DNA of 64,000 nt from the human T2T-CHM13v2.0 reference genome, Homo sapiens: the NCBI RefSeq assembly GCF_009914755.1, contig NC_060948.1; one strand, 5' to 3'. Below the pieces are notes generated by a model, which was given only the letters and a program-made list of their open reading frames with translations, was not told the DNA's origin and did not search any database. Position 1 is the first letter of the stretch. Every line of letters starts with the position of its first letter. Positions 39,135-53,359 of this stretch are shown here, piece after piece. The position numbers were made by a program, and so were the translations under genes.

Positions 39135-42100
39135 AGTGTTATGGAACGGACTCAAAAGGAATTGAATGTAATAGAATGGAGTGGAGTGGACTCGAATATA
39201 ATGGACTGGAATGGAATGAAATCACATGGAATGGGAACGAATGGAATGGAATGGAAAGGAATGGAATCGAATGGAAAGGAATCGAATGGAAGGGAATGAA
39301 ATTGAATCAACAGGAATGGAAGGGAATAGAATAGACGGTAATGGAATGGACTCGAATAGAATGGACACGAATGCTCAAATTGAATGGACTCGAATGGAAT
39401 GGAAACGAAAGGAATGTCATCGAATGGAATTGAATCGATTGGAATGAAATCGCATAGAATGGAGTGGAATCAAATGGAATTGAATCGAAAGGAAAGGAAG
39501 CGAATGGACTGAAATGAAATGGAATGGAATTGAATGGAAAGTAATGCAATGGAATAGAATGGAACGAAATTTCACGGAATGGAATCAAACTGAATGGAAT
39601 CAAATCAATAGAATCAAATCAAATGGAATGGAAAGGAATTGAATGGAGTAGATTGGATTGGATGGGATTGGAATGAAATGTACTGGAAAGGACTCGAATT
39701 TCACAAAACGGAATGGAATGAATTGGAACGGAATGGACTCGAATGGAATGGAATGTCATGGAATGGCATCAAATGGAATGGCATCAAATGGAATGGAATC
39801 GAATGCAATGGAATGCTATGGAATGGAATGGAATGCATTGGAATGGAATGTCCTCTAATGGAATGGATTCGAGTGGAATGGAATCGAATATAATGGAGTC
39901 GAATGAAATGGAATTGAAAGGAATGGGATCGAATAAAATGGAATATACTGGAATGTAATGTAATGAACTCGAATGTAATTGACTGGAATGGAATGTACAT
40001 GAATGGAATGTAATCGAATGGAAAGTAATCCAATGGAATAGAATCTAATGCAATAAAATCGACTCAGATAGAGTAGAATGTAATGGAATGGAGTGCAGTG
40101 CAATGGAATGGAATGGAATGGAATGCAATGGAATGGAATGGAATGGAATGGAATGGAATGGAATGGAATGTGATGGGATGGAATGGTATGGAATGGATAG
40201 TAATGGACTGGAGTGAAATGGACTGGAAAGGAATGGACTCAAATTGAAAGGGCTCGAAAGGAATGGAGTCAAATGGAATGGTCTGGAATGGAATGAACAC
40301 GAATGTAATGCAATCCAATAGAATGGAATCGAATGGCATGGAATATAAAGAAATGGAATCGAAGAGAATGGAAACAAATGGAATGGAATTGAATGGAATG
40401 GAATTGAATGGAATGGGAACGAATGGAGTGAAATTGTATGCAGTAGAAGGGAATAGAATGGAATGCAAGCGAAAGGAAAGGAATGGATTGGAATGGAATG
40501 GAATTCATTGGAATGGAAGGGAATGTAGTGTAATGGACAGGCCTGGAATAAAGTGGAATGCTACGGTCTCGAATGGAATAAAAATGTATGGAATGGAATG
40601 CAATGAAACGGAATCGACTGTCATAGAATGTAATGGAATGCAAAAAAATGGAATCCAAAATCATTGACTGGAAAGGCTGGGTGTCGAAAGGAATTGACTC
40701 CAATGGAATGGAATCGAATGGAATGGAAGTGAATAGAATCGAACTAAATCGAATGGAATGGAATTGATAGGAACGGAATGGAAAGGAATGCAATGATTTG
40801 GCATGGAATGGAATCGAATGGCATCGAATGGAATGGAATGGAATGCAATGGAATGGAATGTATTAGAATGTAATGAACTTTAATGGAATGTACTCGAATG
40901 GATTCGACTGGAATGGAATGTTCTGGAAGTGAATGGACTCCAATGGAATGGATTCAAAAGGAATGGAATCGTACGGAATGGAATCTAATGGAATGGAATT
41001 AAATGGAAATGAATCAAATTGAATAGCACGGAATTGAATTGAATGGAATGGAATGCAATGGAATCTAATGAAACGGAAAGGAAAGGAATGGAATGGAATG
41101 GAATGGGCTGGAATGGAAAGGAATCGAAACGAATGGAATGGAATCGAAGTGAAGAGACTGGAATGGAATGCACTGGAATGGAAGGGAGTGTAATGGAAGG
41201 TTCTCGAAAAAAATGGAATCGAATGGAATGGAATTGAATGGAACGGAATAGAGTCGAATGGAATTGAATGGAATGGAATGGACTAGAGTGAAATGGAATC
41301 GAACCACAAGGAATGGACAGGAATAGAATGGTCTCGAATTGAATGGAATCGTATGGAATGGCATCAAACGGAATGGAATGGACAGCCACGGAATGGAATG
41401 CACTCGAATGCAATGGAGTCGAAACTAATGGACTGGAATAGAATGGACTCGACTGGTACGGACTCCAATGGAATGGAATCGAATGGAAGGGAATCGAACG
41501 GAATGGACTCGAAGGGAAAAGACTGCAATGGAAAGGTCTCGAATGGAATGGAAATTAATGGAATGGAATCGAATGAAATGGAGTCAAAAGGAATGGAATC
41601 GAATGGCAAGAAATCGAATGTAATGGAATCGCAAGGAATTGATGTGAACGGAACGGAATGGAATGGAATCCAAAGGAATGGAATAGAATGGAATGGAATC
41701 GAATGGAAAGGACTCGAATGGAAATCACTCGAATAGAATGCAATTTAATAAAATAGGATCAAATGTAATGGAATGGAATGGAAAGGAATCGAAACGAAAG
41801 GAATGGAGACAGATGGAATGGAATGGAACAGAGAGCAATGGTATAGAATGGAATGGAATCATCTGGAATGGAATTGAATGGAATGGAATAATATGAAATG
41901 GAATGGAATGGAATGGAATGGAATGCCCTTGAATTAAATGGACTGGAATGGAATGGACTCGAACAGAGTGGAATGGAAAGCGTTGAGATAGAATGGAATG
42001 GACTCCTTTGGAATGGTGTAGTATGCAATGCAATCGACTGGCAGGGAATCAAAAGGAATGTAATCGAATGGATTGGACTGGAATGCAATGGACTCGAATA

Positions 42101-42698
42101 GATTGGAAACGGAATGCAAAGGAATGGAATGGAATAGTATGGAATGGAATGGAAAGGAATGGAGTGGAATAGACTAGAGTGGAATGGAATGGACTGGAAA
42201 GCAATGGACTGGAATGGAACTTTCTTGAATGGACTGGAATCAAACGGAATGGAATGCAATGCAATCAAATGGCATGGAATAAAATAGAATGAAAGAGAAT
42301 CAAATGGAATTGAATCGAATGGAATCGAATGGATTGGAAAGGAATAGAATGGAATGGAATGGAGTTGACTCAAATGGAATGGACTAGAATGGAATGGATT
42401 CGAATGGAAGGCAAAGGAATGGAATCTATTGGAATGGACTGTAATGGAATGGAATGGAAGGGATTGGAATGGACTCGAATGGAATGGACTGCAATAGAAA
42501 GGATTCGAATGGAATGAAAAAGAATTGAATGGAATAGAACAGAATGGAATCAAATCGAATGAAATGGAATGGAATAGAAAGGAATGGAATGAAATGGAAT
42601 GGAAAGGATTCGAATGGAATGCAATCGAATGGAATGGAATCGAACGGAATGGAATAAAATGGAAAAAAACTGGCAAGAAATGGAATCGAAATGAATGG
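39135..42698 (+). repeat. DYZ1 unit 12 (3564 bp)
   Basis: Landmark spacing; 90-bp tract offset by -5 bp at ~41560. Confidence 0.9.
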
Positions 42699-45600
42699 AG
42701 TGTTATGGAACGGACTCAAAAGGAATTGAATGTAATAGAATGGAGTGGAGTGGACTCGAATATAATGGACTGGAATGGAATGAAATCACATGGAATGGGA
42801 ACGAATGGAATGGAATGGAAAGGAATGGAATCGAATGGAAAGGAATCGAATGGAAGGGAATGAAATTGAATCAACAGGAATGGAAGGGAATAGAATAGAC
42901 GGTAATGGAATGGACTCGAATAGAATGGAAACGAATGCTCAAATTCAGGGGACTCGAATGGAATGGAAACGAAAGGAATGACATCGAATGGAATTGAATC
43001 GATTGGAATGAAATCACATAGAATGGAGTGGAATCAAATGGAATTGAATCGAAAGGAAAGGAAGCGAATGGACTGAAATGAAATGGAATGGAATTGAATG
43101 GAAAGTAATGCAATGGAATAGAATGGAACGAAATTTCACGGAATGGAATCAAACTGAATGGAATCAAATCAATGGAATCTAATCAAATGGAATGGAAAGG
43201 AATTGAATGGAGTAGATTTGATTGGATGGGATTGGAATGAAATGTATTGGAAAGGACTCGAATTTCATGAAACGGAATGGAATGAATTGGAACGGAATGG
43301 ACTCGAATGGAATGGAATGTCATGGAATGGCATCAAATGGAATGGCATCAAATGGAATGGAATCGAATGCAATGGAATGCTGTGGAATGGAATGGAATGC
43401 ATTGGAATGGAATGTCCTCTAATGGAATGGATTCGAGTGGAATGGAATCGAATATAATGGAGTCGAATGAAATGGAATTGAAAGGAATGGGATCGAATAG
43501 AATGGAATATACTGGAATGTAATGTAATGAACTCGAATGTAATTGACTGGAATGGAATGTACATGAATGGAATGTAATCGAATGGAAAGTAATCCAATGG
43601 AATAGAATCTAATGCAATAAAATCGACTCAGATAGAGTAGAATGTAATGGAATGGAGTGCAGTGCAATGGAATGGAATGGAATTGAATGCAATGGAATGG
43701 AATGGAGTGGAATGGAATGGAATGGGATGGAATGGTATGGAATGGATAGTAATGGACTGGAGTGAAATGGACTGGAAAGGAATGGACTCAAATTGAAAGG
43801 GCTCGAAAGGAATGGAGTCAAATGGAATGGTCTGGAATGGAATGAACACGAATGTAATGCAATCCAATAGAATGGAATCGAATGGCATGGAATATAAAGA
43901 AATGGAATCGAAGAGAATGGAAACAAATGGAATGGAATTGAATGGAATGGGAACGAATGGAGTGAAATTGTATGCAGTAGAAGGGAATAGAATGGAATGC
44001 AAGCGAAAGGAAAGGAATGGATTGGAATGGAATGGAATTCATTGGAATGGAAGGGAATGTAGTGTAATGGACAGGCCTGGAATAAAGTGGAATGCTACGG
44101 TCTCGAATGGAATAAAAATGTATGGAATGCAATGCAATGAAACGGAATCGAATGTCATAGAATGTAATGGAATGCAAAAAAATGGAATCCAAAATCATTG
44201 ACTGGAAAGGCTGGGTGTCGAAAGGAATTGACTCCAATGGAATGGAATCGAATGGAATGGAAGTGAATAGAATCGAACTAAATCGAATGGAATGGAATTG
44301 ATAGGAACGGAATGGAAAGGAATGCAATGATTTTGCATGGAATGGAATCGAATGGCATCGAATGGAATGGAATGGAATGCAATGGAATGGAATGTATTAG
44401 AATGTAATGAACTTTAATGGAATGTACTCGAATGGATTCGACTGGAATGGAATGTTCTGGAAGTGAATGGACTCCAATGGAATGGATTCAAAAGGAATGG
44501 AATCGTACGGAATGGAATCTAATGGAATGGAATTAAATGGAAGTGAATCAAATTGAATAGCACGGAATTGAATTGAATGGAATGGAATGTAATGGAATCT
44601 AATGAAACGGAAAGGAAAGGAATGGAATGGAATGGAATGGGCTGGAATGGAAAGGAATCGAAACGAATGGAATGGAATCGAACTGAAGAGACTGGAATGG
44701 AATGCACTGGAATGGAAGGGAGTGTAATGGAAGGTTCTCGAAAGAAATGGAATCGAATGGAATGGAATTGAATGGAACGGAATAGAGTCGAATGGAATTG
44801 AATGGAATGGAATGGACTAGAGTGAAATGGAATCGAACCACAAGGAATGGACAGGAATAGAATGGTCTCGAATTGAATGGAATCGTATGGAATGGCATCA
44901 AACGGAATGGAATGGACAGCCACGGAATGGAATGCACTCGAATGCAATGGAGTCGAAACTAATGGACTGGAATAGAATGGACTCGACTGGTACGGACTCC
45001 AATGGAATGGAATCGAATGGAAGGGAATCGAACGGAATGGACTCGAAGGGAAAAGACTGCAATGGAAAGGTCTCGAATGGAATGGAAATTAATGGAATGG
45101 AATGGAATCGAATGAAATGGAGTCAAAAGGAATGGAATCGAATGGCAAGAAATCGAATGTAATGGAATCGCAAGGAATTGATGTGAACGGAACGGAATGG
45201 AATGGAATCCAAAGGAATGGAATAGAATGGAATGGAATCGAATGGAAAGGACTCGAATGGAAATCACTCGAATAGAATGCAATTTAATAAAATAGGATCA
45301 AATGTAATGGAATGGAATGGAAAGGAATCGAAACGAAAGGAATGGAGACAGATGGAATGGAATGGAACAGAGAGCAATGGTATAGAATGGAATGGAATCA
45401 TCTGGAATGGAATTGAATGGAATGGAATAATATGAAATGGAATGGAATGGAATGGAATGGAATGCCCTTGAATTAAATGGACTGGAATGGAATGGACTCG
45501 AACAGAGTGGAATGGAAAGTGTTGAGATAGAATGGAATGGACTCCTTTGGAATGGTGTAGTATGCAATGCAATCGACTGGCAGGGAATCAAAAGGAATGT

Positions 45601-46237
45601 AATGGAATGGATTGGACTGGAATGCAATGGACTCGAATAGATTGGAAACGGAATGCAAAGGAATGGAATGGAATAGTATGGAATGGAATGGAAAGGAATG
45701 GAGTGGAATAGACTAGAGTGGAATGGAATGGACTGGAAAGCAATGGACTGGAATGGAACTTTCTTGAATGGACTGGAATCAAACGGAATGGAATGCAATG
45801 CAATCAAATGGCATGGAATAAAATAGAATGAAAGAGAATCAAATGGAATTGAATCGAATGGAATCGAATGGATTGGAAAGGAATAGAATGGAATGGAATG
45901 GAATTGACTCAAATGGAATGGACTAGAATGGAATGGATTCGAATGGAAGGCAAAGGAATGGAATCTATTGGAATGGACTGTAATGGAATGGAATGGAAGG
46001 GATTGGAATGGACTCGAATGGAATGGACTGCAATAGAAAGGATTCGAATGGAATGAAAAAGAATTGAATGGAATAGAACAGAATGGAATCAAATCGAATG
46101 AAATGGAATGGAATAGAAAGGAATGGAATGAAATGGAATGGAAAGGATTCGAATGGAATGCAATCGAATGGAATGGAATCGAACGGAATGGAATAAAATG
46201 GAAGAAAACTGGCAAGAAATGGAATCGAAATGAATGG
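42699..46237 (+). repeat. DYZ1 unit 13 (3539 bp)
   Basis: Landmark spacing; 15-bp deletion at ~43940. Confidence 0.9.
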
Positions 46238-49200
46238 AGTGTTATGGAAAGGACTCAAAAAAATTGAATGTAATAGAATGGAGTGGAGTGGACTCGAATA
46301 TAATGGACTGGAATGGAATGAAATCACATGGAATGGGAACGAATGGAATGGAATGGAAAGGAATGGAATCGAATGGAAAGGAATCGAATAGAAGGGAATG
46401 AAATTGAATCAACAGGAATGGAAGGGAATAGAATAGACGGTAATGGAATGGACTCGAATAGAATGGACACGAAGGCTGAAATTGAATAGACTCGAATGGA
46501 ATGGAAACGAAAGGAATGTCATCGAATGGAATTGAATCAATTGGAATGAAATCGTATAGAATGGAGTGGAATCAAATGGAATTGAATCGAAAGGAAAGGA
46601 AGCGAATGGACTGAAATGAAATGGAATGGAATTGAATGGAAAGTAATGCAATGGAATAGAATGGAACGAAATTTCACGGAATGGAATCAAACTGAATGGA
46701 ATCAAATCAATGGAATCAAATCAAATGGAATGGAAAGGAATTGAATGGAGTAGATTGGATTGGATGGGATTGGAATGAAATGTACTGGAAAGGACTCGAA
46801 TTTCATGAAACGGAATGGAATGAATTGGAACGGAATGGACTCGAATGGAATGGAATGTCATGGAATGGCATCAAATGGAATGGCATCAAATGGAATGGAA
46901 TCGAATGCAATGGAATGCTATGGAATGGAATGGAATGCATTGGAATGGAATGTCCTCTAATGGAATGGATTCGAGTGGAATGGAATCGAATATAATGGAG
47001 TCGAATGAAATGGAATTGAAAGGAATGGGATCGAATACAATGGAATATACCGGAATGTAATGTAATGAACTCGAATGTAATTGACTGGAATGGAATGTAC
47101 ATGAATGGAATGTAATCGAATGGAAAGTAATCCAATGGAATAGAATCTAATGCAATAAAATCGACTCAGATAGAGTAGAATATAATGGAATGGAGAGCAG
47201 TGCAATGGAATGGAATGGAATGGAATGCAATGGAATGGAATGGAATGGAATGGAATGGAATGGAATGGAATGGGATGGGATGGAATGGTATGTAATGGAT
47301 AGTAATGGATTGGAGTGAAATGGACTGGAAAGGAATGGACTCAAATTGAAAGGGCTCGAAAGGAATGGAGTCAAATGGAATGGTCTGGAATGGAATGAAC
47401 AAGAATGTAATGCAATCCAATAGAATGGAATCGAATGGCATGGAATATAAAGAAATGGAATCGAAGAGAATGGAAACAAATGGAATGGAATTGAATGGAA
47501 CGGAATTGAATGGAATGGGAACGAATGGAGTGAAATTGTATGCAGTAGAAGAGAATAGAATGGAATGCAAGCGAAAGGAAAGGAATGGATTGGAATGGAA
47601 TGGAACTCATTGGAATGGAAGGGAATGTAGTGTAATGGACAGGCCTGGAATAAAGTGGAAAGCTACGGTCTCGAATGGAATAAAAATGTATGGAATGGAA
47701 TGCAATGAAACGGAATCGAATGTCATAGAATGTAATGGAATGCAAAAAAATGGAATCCAAAATCATTGACTGGAAAGGCTGGGTGTCGAAAGGAATTGAC
47801 TCCAATGGAATGGAATCGAATGGAATGGAAGTGAATAGAATCGAACTAAATCGAATGGAATGGAATTGATAGGAACGGAATGGAAAGGAATGCAATGATT
47901 TGGCATGGAATGGAATCGAATGGCATCGAATGGAATGGAATGGAATGCAATGGAATGGAATGTATTAGAATGTAATGAACTTTAATGGAATGTACTCGAA
48001 TGGATTCGACTGGAATGGAATGTTGTGGAAGTGAATGGACTCCAATGGAATGGATTCAAAAGGAATGGAATCGTACGGAATGGAATCTAATGGAATGGAA
48101 TTAAATGGAAATGAATCAAATTGAATAGCACGGAATTGAATTGAATGGAATGGAATGCAATGGAATCTAATGAAACGGAAAGGAAAGGAATGGAATGGAA
48201 TGGAATGGGCTGGAATGGAAAGGAATCGAAACGAATGGAATGGAATCGAACTGAAGAGACTGGAATGGAATGCACTGGAATGGAAGGGAGTGTAATGGAA
48301 GGTTCTCGAAAAAAATGGAATGGAATGGAATGGAATTGAATGGAACGGAATAGAGTCGAATGGAATTGAATGGAATGGAATGGACTAGAGTGAAATGGAA
48401 TCGAACCACAAGGAATGGACAGGAATAGAATGGTCTCGAATTGAATGGAATCGTATGGAATGGCATCAAACGGAATGGAATGGACAGCCACGGAATGGAA
48501 TGCACTCGAATGCAATGGAGTCGAAACTAATGGACTGGAATAGAATGGACTCGACTGGTACGGACTCCAATGGAATGGAATCGAATGGAAGGGAATCGAA
48601 CGGAATGGACTCGAAGGGAAAAGACTGCAATGGAAAGGTCTCGAATGGAATGGAAATTAATGGAATGGAATGGAATCGAATGAAATGGAGTCAAAAGGAA
48701 TGGAATCGAATGGCAAGAAATCGAATGTAATGGAATCGCAAGGAATTGATGTGAACGGAACGGAATGGAATGGAATCCAAAGGAATGGAATAGAATGGAA
48801 TGGAATCGAATGGAAAGGACTCGAATGGAAATCACTCGAATAGAATGCAATTTAATAAAATAGGATCAAATGTAATGGAATGGAATGGAAAGGAATCGAA
48901 ACGAAAGGAATGGAGACAGATGGAATGGAATGGAACAGAGAGCAATGGTATAGAATGGAATGGAATCATCTGGAATGGAATTGAATGGAATGGAATAATA
49001 TGAAATGGAATGGAATGGAATGGAATGGAATGCCCTTGAATTAAATGGACTGGACTCGAACAGAGTGGAATGGAAAGTGTTGAGATAGAATGGAATGGAC
49101 TCGTTTGGAATGGTGTAGTATGCAATGCAATCGACTGGCAGGGAATCAAAAGGAATGTAATGGAATGGATTGGACTGGAATGCAATGGACTCGAATAGAT

Positions 49201-49795
49201 TGGAAACGGAATGCAAAGGAATGGAATGGAATAGTATGGAATGGAATGGAAAGGAATGGAGTGGAATAGACTAGAGTGGAATGGAATGGACTGGAAAGCA
49301 ATGGACTGGAATGGAACTTTCTTGAATGGACTGGAATCAAACGGAATGGAATGAAATGCAATCAAATGGCATGGAATAAAATAGAATGAAAGAGAATCAA
49401 ATGGAATTGAATCGAATGGAATCGAATGGATTGGAAAGGAATAGAATGGAATGGAATGGAATTGACTCAAATGGAATGGACTAGAATGGAATGGATTCGA
49501 ATGGAAGGCAAAGGAATGGAATCTATTGGAATGGACTGTAATGGAATGGAATGGAAGGGATTGGAATGGACTCGAATGGAATGGACTGCAATAGAAAGGA
49601 TTCGAATGGAATGAAAAAGAATTGAATGGAATAGAACAGAATGGAATCAAATCGAATGAAATGGAATGGAATAGAAAGGAATGGAATGAAATGGAATGGA
49701 AAGGATTCGAATGGAATGCAATCGAATGGAATGGAATCGAACGGAATGGAATAAAATGGAAGAAAACTGGCAAGAAATGGAATCGAAATGAATGG
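46238..49795 (+). repeat. DYZ1 unit 14 (3558 bp)
   Basis: Landmark spacing; -1 bp at ~46260, -10 bp at ~49050; EcoRI site lost (GAACTC at 47603). Confidence 0.9.
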
Positions 49796-52700
49796 AGTGT
49801 TATGGAACGGACTCAAAAGGAATTGAATGTAATAGAATGGAGTGGAGTGGACTCGAATATAATGGACTGGAATGGAATGAAATCACATGGAATGGGAACG
49901 AATGGAATGGAATGGAAAGGAATGGAATCGAATGGAAAGGAATCGAATGGAAGGGAATGAAATTGAATCAACAGGAATGGAAGGGAATAGAATAGATGGT
50001 AATGGAATGGACTCGAATAGAATGGACACGAATGCTCAAATTGAATGGACTCGAATGGAATGGAAACGAAAGGAATGTCATCGAATGGAATTGAATCGAT
50101 TGGAATGAAATCGCATAGAATGGAGTGGAATCAAATGGAATTGAATCGAAAGGAAAGGAAGCGAATGGACTGAAATGAAATGGAATGGAATTGAATGGAA
50201 AGTAATGCAATGGAATAGAATGGAACGAAATTTCACGGAATGGAATCAAACTGAATGGAATCAAATCAATGGAATCTAATCAAATGGAATGGAAAGGAAT
50301 TGAATGGAGTAGATTGGATTGGATGGGATTGGAATGAAATGTACTGGAAAGGACTCGAATTTCATGAAACGGAATGGAATGAATTGGAACGGAATGGACT
50401 CGAATGGAATGGAATGTCATGGAATGGCATCAAATGGAATGGCATCAAATGGAATGGAATCGAATGCAATGGAATGTTATGGAATGGAATGGAATGCATT
50501 GGAATGGAATGCCCTCTAATGGAATGGATTCGAGTGGAATGGAATCGAATATAATGGAGTCGAATGAAATGGAATTGAAAGGAATGGGATCGAATACAAT
50601 GGAATATACTGGAATGTAATGTAATGAACTCGAATGTAATTGACTGGAATGGAATGTACATGAATGGAATGTAATCGAATGGAAAGTAATCCAAAGGAAT
50701 AGAATCTAATGCAATAAAACCGACCCAGATAGAGTAGAATGTAATGGAATGGAGTGCAGTGCAATGGAATGGAATGGAATGGAATGCAATGGAATAGAAT
50801 GGAATGGAATGGAATGGAATGGAATGGAATGGGATGGAATGGGATGGAATGGATAGTAATGGACTGGAGTGAAATGGACTGGAAAGGAATGGACTCAAAC
50901 TGAAAGGGCTCGAAAGGAATGGAGTCAAATGGAATGGTCTGGAATGGAATGAACACGAATGTAATGCAATCCAATAGAATGGAATCGAATGGCATGGAAT
51001 ATAAACAAATGGAAACGAAGAGACTGGAAACAAATGGAATGGAATTGAATGGAATGGAATTGAATGGAATGGGAACGAATGGAGTGAAATTGTATGCAGT
51101 AGAAGAGAATAGAATGGAATGCAAGTGAAAGGAAAGGAATGGATTGGAATGGAATGGAATTCATTGGAATGGAAGGGAATGTAGTGTAATGGACAGGCCT
51201 GGAATAAAGTGGAATGCTACGGTCTCGAATGGAATAAAAATGTATGGAATGGAATGCAATGAAACGGAATCGAATGTCATAGAATGTAATGGAATGCAAA
51301 AAAATGGAATCCAAAATCATTGACTGGAAAGGCTGGGTGTCGAAAGGAATTGACTCCAATGGAATGGAATCGAATGGAATGGAAGTGAATAGAATCGAAC
51401 TAAATCGAATGGAATGGAATTGATAGGAACGGAATGGAAAGGAATGCAATGATTTGGCATGGAATGGAATCGAATGGCATCGAATGGAATGGAATGGAAT
51501 GCAATGGAATGGAATGTATTAGAATGTAATGAACTTTAATGGAATGTACTCGAATGGATTCGACTGGAATGGAATGTTCTGGAAGTGAATGGACTCCAAT
51601 GGAATGGATTCAAAAGGAATGGAATCGTACGGAATGGAATCTAATGGAATGGAATTAAATGGAAATGAATCAAATTGAATAGCACGGAATTGAATTGAAT
51701 GGAATGGAATGCAATGGAATCTAATGAAACGGAAAGGAAAGGAATGGAATGGAATGGAATGGGCTGGAAAGGAAAGGAATCGAAACGAATGGAATGGAAT
51801 CGAACTGAAGAGACTGGAATGGAATGCACTGGAATGGAAGGGAGTGTAATGGAAGGTTCTCGAAAAAAATGGAATGGAATGGAATGGAATTGAATGGAAC
51901 GGAATAGAGTCGAATGGAATTGAATGGAATGGAATGGACTAGAGTGAAATGGAATCGAACCACAAGGAATGGACAGGAATAGAATGGTCTCGAATTGAAT
52001 GGAATGGTATGGAATGGCATCAAACGGAACGGAATGGACAGCCACGGAATGGAATGCACTCGAATGCAATGGAGTCGAAACTAATGGACTGGAATAGAAT
52101 GGACTCGACTGGTACGGACTCCAATGGAATGGAATCGAATGGAAGGGAATCGAACGGAATGGACTCGAAGGGAAAAGACTGCAATGGAAAGGTCTCGAAT
52201 GGAATGGAAATTAATGGAATGGAATGGAGTCGAATGAAATGGAGTCAAAAGGAATGGAATCGAATGGCAAGAAATCGAATGTAATGGAATCGCAAGGAAT
52301 TGATGTGAACGGAACGGAATGGAATGGAATCCAAAGGAATGGAATAGAATGGAATGGAATCGAATGGAAAGGACTCGAATGGAAATCACTCGAATAGAAT
52401 GCAATTTAATAAAATAGGATCAAATGTAATGGAATGGAATGGAAAGGAATCGAAACGAAAGGAATGGAGACAGATGGAATGGAATGGAACAGAGAGCAAT
52501 GGTATAGAATGGAATGGAATCATCTGGAATGGAATTGAATGGAATGGAATAATATGAAATGGAATGGAATGGAATGGAATGGAATGCCCTTGAATTAAAT
52601 GGACTGGAATGGAATGGACTCGAACAGAGTGGAATGGAAAGTGTTGAGATAGAATGTAATGGACTCCTTCGGAATGGTCTAGTATGCAATGCAATCGACT

Positions 52701-53359
52701 GGCAGGGAATCAAAAGGAATGTAATCGAATGGATTGGACTGGAATGCAGTGGACTCGAATAGATTGGAAAAGGAATGCAAAGGAATGGAATGGAATAGTA
52801 TGGAATGGAATGGAAAGGAATGGAGTGGAATAGACTAGAGTGGAATGGAATGGACTGGAAAGCAATGGACTGGAATGGAACTTTCTTGAATGGACTGGAA
52901 TCAAACGGAATGGAATGCAATGCAATCAAGTGGCATGGAATAAAATAGAATGAAAGAGAATCAAATTGAATTGAATCGAATGGAATCGAATGGATTGGAA
53001 AGGAATAGAATGGAATGGAATGGAATTGACTCAAATGGAATGGACTAGAATGGAATGGATTCGAATGGAAGGCAAAGGAATGGAACCTATTGGAATGGAC
53101 TGTAATGGAATGGAATGGAAGGGATTGGAATGGACTCGAATGGAATGGACTGCAATAGAAAGGATTCGAATGGAATGAAAAAGAATTGAACGGAATAGAA
53201 CAGAATGGAATCAAATCGAATGAAATGGAATGGAATAGAAAGGAATGGAATGAAATGGAATGGAAAGGATTCGAATGGAATGCAATCGAATGGAATGGAA
53301 TCGAACGGAATGGAATAAAATGGAAGAAAACTGGCAAGAAATGGAATCGAAATGAATGG
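49796..53359 (+). repeat. DYZ1 unit 15 (3564 bp)
   Basis: Landmark spacing. Confidence 0.9.
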
